Positions 32,134 through 38,540 of a DNA stretch of 38,540 nucleotides are shown here, one piece after another. A program made the translations under genes and the position numbers. How positions within the stretch are numbered: the stretch's first letter is position 1; the number at the start of each line of letters is the position of its first letter. Origin of the DNA: Candidatus Omnitrophota bacterium (GTDB lineage Bacteria > Margulisbacteria > WOR-1 > XYC2-FULL-46-14 > WPAF01); assembly GCA_035506255.1 (NCBI GenBank), contig DATJPS010000017.1, positions 1-38,540 of the forward strand. Reading direction: 5' to 3'. Under the pieces are notes generated by a model, which worked only from the letters and a program-made list of their open reading frames with translations, was not told where the DNA came from and searched no databases.

Positions 32134-34247
32134 TCAAAACAGTAGAAAAAAAACTCCCTGATGGAAGAATAATTTCGCTCGAGACCGGCCGCGTGGCCCG
32201 CGAAGCGGGCGGCTCGGTCATCGTGCGCCTGGGCGACACCATGGTCCTGGCCACCGCCACCATGGCCGCCAATCCGCGCGAAGGGATCGACTTCTTCCCC
32301 CTGCTCGTCGATTACGAAGAAAAGCTTTACGCCGCGGGACGCATCCCCGGCGGGTTCTTCAAGCGCGAGGGCCGTCCTTCGGAAAAGGCGATCCTCAACG
32401 CGCGTAAGATCGACCGTCCGATCCGCCCGATGTTCCCCGAGGGTTTCCGCAACGATGTCCAGATCGTGGTGACGCCGCTGTCGGTCGACCAGGAAAATTC
32501 TCCCGACGTGCTCGCCATTCTCGGCGCTTCCGCCGCGCTCTCGATATCGGAGATCCCGTTCGAAGGGCCGATCGGCGGCGTGCGGGTGGCCAAGGTCGGC
32601 GATAATTACGTCGTCAATCCCACTACCGCGCAGATGAAGGAATCGACCATCGACCTGGTGCTGGCCGGGACTTATGAAGAGGTCTCCATGATCGAGGCCG
32701 GCGCCGACGAAGTGTCGGACGAGGACATGATGGGAGCGATCAAGGCCGGGCACGCGGTGATCCGGCAGCTGATCGAGATGCAGAATGATCTGATGAAGCA
32801 GGCGGGCCAGCCCAAGGTTAAAGTCAATATATACCAGATCGATGAACGGCTGAAGAAGCTGGTGCACGAAAAGGCCGGAAGGATCGAAACCGCGCTTTGC
32901 ATGTCCGATAAGGACAAACAGGGCGAGGAGATCGGCAAGATTGTGGATGAAGTCAAAAAGGCGGCGGCCGGAAATCCGGAGTTGGCTGAGATCGTAGCCA
33001 AGCATCCCGGCGACATCAAGGCCGTGATCGAAGAGATCGAATACGACGCCATGCGCGCCATGGTGCTAAACAAGGGGAAGCGGGTCGACGGCCGCGGTCC
33101 CAAAGAAATCCGTCAGATCAGCTGCGAGATCGGCGTCCTGCCGCGTACCCACGGCTCCGCCATCTTCACCAGGGGCCAGACGCAGGTGCTCACCGTGGCC
33201 ACGCTCGGCTCTACCGGCGAAGAACAGATGCTCGAGGGTCTCGATCTCGAAGAGACCGGCAAGCGCTACATGCACCATTACAACTTCCCCGCCTATTCGG
33301 TGGGCGAGGTGAGGCCGCTCAGAGGGCCCGGGCGCCGCGAGATCGGCCACGGGGCGTTGGCGGAACGGGCGCTGCTCCCGGTCATCCCGACCGAAGAAGA
33401 CTTTCCTTATACCATTAGACTGGTATCCGAAGTGCTGGGGAGCAACGGCTCCACCTCCATGGCCTCCACCTGCGGTTCGACGCTGGCGCTGATGGACGCG
33501 GGGGTCAAGATCGAATCGCCCGTGGCGGGAATCTCGGTCGGGCTTATTTCCGAAGGGAACAAGCACGTCACGATTACCGATATCCAGGGTTTGGAAGACC
33601 ACCTGGGCGACATGGACTTCAAGGTGACCGGTACCCGCAAAGGTATCACCGCCATCCAGGTAGACATCAAGATCAAGGGATTATCGTTCGAGCTGGTCAA
33701 ACAGGCGCTCGAGCAGGCCAAAGAAGGACGGCTTTACATCCTCGACAAGATGGAAGCGGTGATCGCGAAGCCGCGCGCCGACCTTTCGCCGTATGCGCCG
33801 CGGGTGATCTCGTTCAAGATCAATCCGGAAAAGATCGGCATGGTGATCGGCCCCGGCGGCAAGATGATCAAGAGCATCATAGAGGAGACCGGCGTCCAGA
33901 TCGACATCGACGACAACGGCACGGTCAATATCACTACCAGCGATCCCGCGGCGGCCGACGCGGCCAAAAAGCGGATCGACGACCTTACCTTTGAACCTAA
34001 GGTAGGGGATGTCTTCAATTCCGAGGTCGTCCGCATCATGAACTTCGGCGCTTTCTGCGAACTGCCGGGCGGCAAGGACGGCTTGATCCACATCAGCCAG
34101 ATCTCGCCCAAGCGCATCGCCAAGGTGGAAGACGCCCTTAAGCTGGGCGATAAAGTGATCGTGAAGGTCGTCGAGATCGACGATGTGGGAAGGATCAACC
34201 TCACGCTCAAGGGCGTGACCGACGAAGACAAAAAACACGCCCGATAA
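32130..34247 (+). CDS. pnp: Polyribonucleotide nucleotidyltransferase (PNPase)
   Basis: Two RNase PH domains ([14 protein letters not shown]-type N-terminus, [43 protein letters not shown]), a KH domain ([15 protein letters not shown]) and an S1 domain ([21 protein letters not shown]). ATGA overlap with rpsO. Confidence 0.97.
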   Translation: MIKTVEKKLPDGRIISLETGRVAREAGGSVIVRLGDTMVLATATMAANPREGIDFFPLLVDYEEKLYAAGRIPGGFFKREGRPSEKAILNARKIDRPIRPMFPEGFRNDVQIVVTPLSVDQENSPDVLAILGASAALSISEIPFEGPIGGVRVAKVGDNYVVNPTTAQMKESTIDLVLAGTYEEVSMIEAGADEVSDEDMMGAIKAGHAVIRQLIEMQNDLMKQAGQPKVKVNIYQIDERLKKLVHEKAGRIETALCMSDKDKQGEEIGKIVDEVKKAAAGNPELAEIVAKHPGDIKAVIEEIEYDAMRAMVLNKGKRVDGRGPKEIRQISCEIGVLPRTHGSAIFTRGQTQVLTVATLGSTGEEQMLEGLDLEETGKRYMHHYNFPAYSVGEVRPLRGPGRREIGHGALAERALLPVIPTEEDFPYTIRLVSEVLGSNGSTSMASTCGSTLALMDAGVKIESPVAGISVGLISEGNKHVTITDIQGLEDHLGDMDFKVTGTRKGITAIQVDIKIKGLSFELVKQALEQAKEGRLYILDKMEAVIAKPRADLSPYAPRVISFKINPEKIGMVIGPGGKMIKSIIEETGVQIDIDDNGTVNITTSDPAAADAAKKRIDDLTFEPKVGDVFNSEVVRIMNFGAFCELPGGKDGLIHISQISPKRIAKVEDALKLGDKVIVKVVEIDDVGRINLTLKGVTDEDKKHAR

Positions 34248-34254
34248 ATAAGCT

Positions 34255-34908
34255 ATGGACGGATCAGTAACCACCGTCGTAATCTTAATATTTGTTTTTT
34301 CGATCCTGGGCTCGGTCACCGGCAAGCATCCGGCGGTCCCGCATCCGTCCAATTTCCCCACCACCAATGTTCCCGCGTCAGAGCCTACCTATGACACGTC
34401 GACCACTTATTCGACCGTCGACGTCCCGGTCCCGGGGCCAGATTATCTTTCCGGCTTCACCGAAAGCCTGGGGGCCGATATCCGGAAATTCATCCAGAGT
34501 TACGCGGTGAAGATCGATCCCTGGGAAAGCGACACTATTTCGGATTCTATCCTCAAATACAGCCAGACCTATGACGTGAATCCCAAGTTGGTCTGCGGTC
34601 TGATCGCGCGGGAATCGCGCTTCAACCGCTTTGCCATCTCGTCTTCCGGAGCGCAGGGTTTGGGCCAGCTGCTCCCTTCGACCGCGACCGGGCTCGGCAT
34701 TACCGATCCATTCGATATCGACCAGAACGTGATGGGGACCACTCGTTACATCAAATCGCTACTCGACCGGTTCACCGGGACCAGTAAAGTCCCGTTCGCG
34801 ATTGCCGGTTACCTGGAAGGTCCAAACGCGGTGAAAAGGAACAACGGATTCCAGGGGCATTCCAAAAGCTACGTCGAAGACATCCTCAAGATCGCCAATA
34901 AATTGTAA
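34255..34908 (+). CDS. Membrane-anchored SLT-domain lytic transglycosylase
   Basis: An N-terminal hydrophobic anchor followed by ARESRFNRFAISSSGAQGLGQLLPSTA (catalytic Glu-Ser context) and AIAGYLEGPNAV. Confidence 0.8.
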   Translation: MDGSVTTVVILIFVFSILGSVTGKHPAVPHPSNFPTTNVPASEPTYDTSTTYSTVDVPVPGPDYLSGFTESLGADIRKFIQSYAVKIDPWESDTISDSILKYSQTYDVNPKLVCGLIARESRFNRFAISSSGAQGLGQLLPSTATGLGITDPFDIDQNVMGTTRYIKSLLDRFTGTSKVPFAIAGYLEGPNAVKRNNGFQGHSKSYVEDILKIANKL

Positions 34909-34990
34909 AGGCTGATTTTACGCCCCCGGCGACGAAAATCACTCCGATCCGGCCACTAAATCTCATTTTTCCCGGTATTGAAATTGCTTT

Positions 34991-35587
34991 TTGACCGGCA
35001 TGGAACTGAAAGGCGAACAGAAATTAACGGTGATCGGGTTGGCGGTGGCGGTAGCGGTCGGCGGGGCGGTCTATATTTTCAACCACGCGGTCTGCCCCGA
35101 AAAACCTTCCAAATTATTGGACGAGCCGGGTAAAATATTCGAGAAAAAGAGCGAAGCTTCGATCGTTGTGCATGTTTGCGGAGCGGTGGGAAGGGAAGGA
35201 GTTTATCGGCTGCGGGCGGGGGACCGGGTCGTCGACGCGGTGAGAATGGCAGGAGACGCCGCCGCCGGCGCCGACCTTTCGGCGGTGAACCTGGCGGAAG
35301 CGCTGAAAGACGGTGACAAGATAACCGTCCCGCTCAAACCTCTTCCAAATATCGGTCAGCTATCCGCTCCCGCAATCGGAGGGGCAAAAGCGTCCGCGGT
35401 CCCCGGGCAAAAAGTGAACGTCAATACGGCATCGGCCTCCGAGCTTGATTCACTTCCCGGTATCGGTCCCGCAACCGCCGCCAAGATCATTGAGGCAAGA
35501 CCATTCTCAAAATTGGAAGATATCATGAAAGTTCCGCGTCTGGGTAAAAGCAAGTTCGAAAAGCTGAAAGACAGGATAACGCTCTGA
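34991..35587 (+). CDS. comEA: ComEA-family DNA receptor (SLBB plus helix-hairpin-helix)
   Basis: VHVCGAVGREGVYRL..GDRVVDAV (SLBB domain) and VNVNTASASELDSLPGIGPATAAKIIEARPF (HhH). The start is either TTG 34991 or ATG 35000. Confidence 0.85.
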   Translation: MTGMELKGEQKLTVIGLAVAVAVGGAVYIFNHAVCPEKPSKLLDEPGKIFEKKSEASIVVHVCGAVGREGVYRLRAGDRVVDAVRMAGDAAAGADLSAVNLAEALKDGDKITVPLKPLPNIGQLSAPAIGGAKASAVPGQKVNVNTASASELDSLPGIGPATAAKIIEARPFSKLEDIMKVPRLGKSKFEKLKDRITL

Positions 35588-37458
35588 TGTTCAAGCGGCC
35601 GCTGGTCGCGATCGCGGTCGGCTACGCGCTGTTGATCATCGTCCTTAGGCCTTTCATTCCCGTTCCTGAAAAGAACTATAGCCAGCAAAGCCCGACCGGC
35701 CCGATCGCGGCGATCAGCGACCGGTTCATGTCGGTGATCAAACTAACGACCCCCGCTCCGTATGACGCGCTCCTGGGAAGCATCGTCTTCGGCACCAGCG
35801 TATCCCCGCTCGACCCGGACCTCAAGGATAGCTACAAAAAAGCGGGGCTGGCCCACCTGCTGGTCGCCTCCGGTACGCAGGTCTCGATCCTGATCGGGGT
35901 TTGCCTGGCGATCGTTAGGAGCTGCGATCTCCCGATCGGCATCGGCGTGATCCTGACATCGCTGGCGAATATCCTGTTCGCTCTGATCGCCGGTTGCGGG
36001 CCGTCGATCATTCGCGCGGCGGTGACCGGGGAGATCACGCTAATAGGGCTTTGGTCGAATAAAGATACCGAAGCCTATACATCGCTGGCATTATCTGCGC
36101 TCATCCTGATGGTTCATGATCCGCTGGTACTGTTCGACCTGGGATTCCAACTCACTTTCGCTGCCACCTGGTCGCTCTTTTACCTGGCGCCCAGGATCGA
36201 AGAAAAGATCCGGTCCTCTTTCCATACCGGAAAGCTGAGCGTGTTCCCTTCGCTCGCCTCGGTTTGCCTGGCGCCGATCCTGGCCACCATTCCCATCACT
36301 ATGTTCAACTTCAACCAGTTCTCCCTGGTCGCGTTCTTCGTCAATCTTCTGGTGCTGCCGTGCGTGGAGGTCATGACCGTGCTGGGGTTCGCCTCGACCG
36401 TGATCGGAGCGATATTCCTTCCGGTCGCGGCCGCCCTCAACGGCTTCCTTTATCTGATGCTTATACTTATCAACGAAATCGTGTATACTTTTACCGGATT
36501 TCCCGGCGCCTGCCTGTACGTGGCGGCGCCTCCATTTATCGCGTTCGTTGTTTATTATCTGGTCCTGGCGCTATATTTTGAAGGGAAGGCACGAATGAAG
36601 AACATGATCAGGTTCGCGGCGGTGGCCGGGGCGATCCTGGTACTGGCATCGTCGCTGGCGCCGGTGATCGCCTCAAGACAGTTGAAGGTCACGGCGATCG
36701 ATGTGGGGCAGGGGGACTCGATCTTCGTGGAGGCCCCGTCGGGCCACACCATGCTGATCGACGGCGGCCCGAAATACAAAAACAGCGATGCGGGGAGACG
36801 GTTCGTTCTCCCGTTCCTCCATGCTCACGGCATAAACAAGATCGACATCCTGGTGCTGACGCACCCTCATGACGACCATGTCGGCGGCCTGGTGTCGGTC
36901 ATGAAGGACCTGCCGGTCGGACTGGTGCTCGATTCCGGGCAGGCGCACACCAGCCGCGCTTATCTCGATTTCCTCAAGACGATCGACCGGAAGAACATTC
37001 CGTACAAAGTAGCGCGCGCCGGCCTGAACATCGATCTGGGGCCGGAAATGAAGGCGACCGTGCTTAACCCGCAGGAGCCGTTCATCGAGGAATCGGCGCT
37101 CAACAATAATTCGGTCGTGATCCGCCTGGTCTACGGAAAAACTTCGTTCATGCTTGACGGCGACCTGGAAAAAGAAGGGGAACAGCGGGTAATGCGGTTC
37201 GCTAACGGTTTGCGGACGACGATCCTGAAGGCAGGACATCATGGCAGCCGCACCGCCAGTTCACAGGAATATCTTGATGCCGTAAGGCCGGAGGCGGCGT
37301 TGATCTCGGTCGGGGTCAAGAACCAATATCACCATCCGCATCCGTCGACGCTTAAAAAATTCGAAGCGATGGGGATCAAGATCTACCGGACGGACCGGAA
37401 CGGCAATATTGAAGTCTCTACCGACGGCGTAAAGTATTCTATTTTGACTCAGAAGTAG
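35587..37458 (+). CDS. comEC: ComEC/Rec2 DNA internalisation channel with a C-terminal metallo-beta-lactamase domain
   Basis: Competence domain (YKKAGLAHLLVASGTQVS) and MBL domain (AIDVGQGDSIFVE, LVLTHPHDDHVGGL, KAGHHGS). ATGA-type overlap with the comEA stop. Confidence 0.9.
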   Translation: MFKRPLVAIAVGYALLIIVLRPFIPVPEKNYSQQSPTGPIAAISDRFMSVIKLTTPAPYDALLGSIVFGTSVSPLDPDLKDSYKKAGLAHLLVASGTQVSILIGVCLAIVRSCDLPIGIGVILTSLANILFALIAGCGPSIIRAAVTGEITLIGLWSNKDTEAYTSLALSALILMVHDPLVLFDLGFQLTFAATWSLFYLAPRIEEKIRSSFHTGKLSVFPSLASVCLAPILATIPITMFNFNQFSLVAFFVNLLVLPCVEVMTVLGFASTVIGAIFLPVAAALNGFLYLMLILINEIVYTFTGFPGACLYVAAPPFIAFVVYYLVLALYFEGKARMKNMIRFAAVAGAILVLASSLAPVIASRQLKVTAIDVGQGDSIFVEAPSGHTMLIDGGPKYKNSDAGRRFVLPFLHAHGINKIDILVLTHPHDDHVGGLVSVMKDLPVGLVLDSGQAHTSRAYLDFLKTIDRKNIPYKVARAGLNIDLGPEMKATVLNPQEPFIEESALNNNSVVIRLVYGKTSFMLDGDLEKEGEQRVMRFANGLRTTILKAGHHGSRTASSQEYLDAVRPEAALISVGVKNQYHHPHPSTLKKFEAMGIKIYRTDRNGNIEVSTDGVKYSILTQK

Positions 37459-38540
37459 CCGGCCTGGCGCCTTTTCCCGCGGTTATCTTCGGTGCCGGTT
37501 TTGGGGCGGGAACCGCTTCCGGCGTGGAAGGTTTTGTCGCTTCTCCGCTGACCGGCGCAGCTTCAAGCGTAAAGACCTTGGTGGGAGTTTCGATCACTTT
37601 TGCCTGTCCGGCTTCCACGGTCGGGGTCTTTGTAAGTTGCCCCCCTTCCGAGACCATTCCCACGTTCCAAAAATCGTTCACTTTTTTCTGTATCGGCACG
37701 GTGCGATAGAGCACTTCCGCCGCCTCGGAGCGCGGGAACGGCTTGTTCGGCTCAAAATCCCAGCCTTCAAGATATTTCAGCAGGCCCGCTTCTTTTGCCG
37801 GGAAAATGAAACGATTTGCCCAGAACCCTTCCTTCAGGTCCTTGAACGCTACACCATCCTTTTCGTTAAGCTGGGCGAAACGCGCCAGGATAGTAACGCC
37901 TTCGGCGCGGTTAAGGATGCGGTCGGGGCGGAAGGTCTTATCGGGATAACCGGTTACCAGCCCCAGGTCGACGCCGTAATTGACATAAGGCGCGTACCAG
38001 GCGGAGCTCTTTATGTCCTTGAACTGGCTAGCCTGTTGAGCCAGTTCCCATTTGCGGCTGCTGATGCTGCCGGTCCGGACCAGCAGGGCGGTAAGCTCTG
38101 CGCGCGTGATCCCTTTTTCGGGACGGAAGGAGTTGTCAGGATAGCCCTTGATCAAGCCGAGCACTGAACTGAGCGAGATCGGTTCCAATGCCCAGTGATC
38201 CATCGGCACGTCGCGGAATGGCTCGATCCTCAGGATATGAACTTCGTCGCTGATCCTTGTCGGATCGGGCGCCGGGGTGTAACCTTCGAACTTAATCGCG
38301 TTGCGCCCGAAATTCAGGAAAGTATTGCTCTCGATCGTCCCGGTCTTCGTCAATGGATAACCATTGCGCCGGATATCGGTCAGGTCCACCAGCTCCGATA
38401 CCTCTTTTACTTCCGAAGTCGAACTGAAGAGCGGCACCGTCCAGGTGGTCTTTTGATCGTAGACCAGTTTTCCTTTCGCTTCCGCCTGAATGATGACCGC
38501 ATCCATCGAGGTGATGCTGCGGTCGGCGGGGGAGAGGAAT
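37439..38540 (-). CDS. S-layer-homology (SLH) domain protein with a Pro/Ala-rich C-terminal tail; the frame is open to the window edge, so the 5' end may be missing
   Basis: Three SLH-like repeats (VPMDHWALEPISLSSVLGLIKGYPDNSFRPEKGITRAELTALL; SAWYAPYVNYGVDLGLVTGYPDKTFRPDRILNRAEGVTIL; FWANRFIFPAKEAGLLKY...PFPRSEAAEVL). There is no stop between 38507 and 38540. The 3' end overlaps comEC by 20 nt (convergent genes). Confidence 0.8.
   Translation of the reverse strand, partial: FLSPADRSITSMDAVIIQAEAKGKLVYDQKTTWTVPLFSSTSEVKEVSELVDLTDIRRNGYPLTKTGTIESNTFLNFGRNAIKFEGYTPAPDPTRISDEVHILRIEPFRDVPMDHWALEPISLSSVLGLIKGYPDNSFRPEKGITRAELTALLVRTGSISSRKWELAQQASQFKDIKSSAWYAPYVNYGVDLGLVTGYPDKTFRPDRILNRAEGVTILARFAQLNEKDGVAFKDLKEGFWANRFIFPAKEAGLLKYLEGWDFEPNKPFPRSEAAEVLYRTVPIQKKVNDFWNVGMVSEGGQLTKTPTVEAGQAKVIETPTKVFTLEAAPVSGEATKPSTPEAVPAPKPAPKITAGKGARPATSESK

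Noticed and set aside
1-38540. I looked for CRISPR arrays, rRNA or tRNA genes, IS elements, inverted-repeat-bounded insertions and toxin-antitoxin-like small gene pairs.
   Set aside because: None was found by reading both strands. Intergenic regions are short (mostly under 150 nt), and promoters, leaders and one terminator account for them. The only repeats are the intragenic fibre modules.

Overview
This is a 38.5-kb chromosomal window from a fairly GC-rich bacterium. It appears to be diderm, because LptB, LptF/G, LptD, Lnt and an SLH-domain protein are all present. The gene order (yggS-sepF-proC-yggT, DUF3084, SLH plus LPS export) suggests an uncultivated Terrabacteria-type diderm lineage, but that placement is only a guess. 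I support about 34 protein genes. I saw no rRNA, tRNA, CRISPR array, transposase, integrase or phage structural module. Most of the window is housekeeping: polA (partial), tsf-rpsB, yggS-sepF-proC-yggT, a PfkB kinase, an aldolase-like gene, relA/spoT, trpD, lptB-lptF/G, lnt, lptD, amj, ribF, rpsO-pnp, an SLT transglycosylase and comEA-comEC. There is also a five-gene, translationally coupled aminosugar / polyprenyl-phosphate glycosylation operon that unexpectedly contains a BKACE enzyme. The stand-out region is 0.77-8.7 kb, wedged between polA and tsf. It holds five tandem, same-strand genes for signal-peptide-bearing proteins that resemble phage tail fibres and trimeric adhesins. All five share an N-terminal module and are mosaics of exchangeable shaft modules. 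They end in one of two mutually exclusive C-terminal solutions. Paralogues 1-2 end in a peptidase-S74 intramolecular-chaperone domain with the S-x-x-R-x-K autocleavage motif. Paralogues 3-5 end in a module I do not recognise: a conserved GK[IV]YFDS..RL.Y.D..KWIE.DP.Y neck plus a divergent tip of about 125 aa ending Y[IM][EA]LPL. A 39-codon orphan copy of this tip's 3' end lies in frame directly behind the stop codon of paralogue 3. There are also 192-bp module duplications within and between paralogues. I read the region as a cell-encoded, recombining surface-fibre (adhesin or receptor-binding) cassette locus rather than a prophage. Secondary observations are an apparent leaderless promoter architecture at several housekeeping genes, an lptB with no canonical start codon for its conserved N-terminus, and a coupled lptD-lipoprotein-lnt unit.
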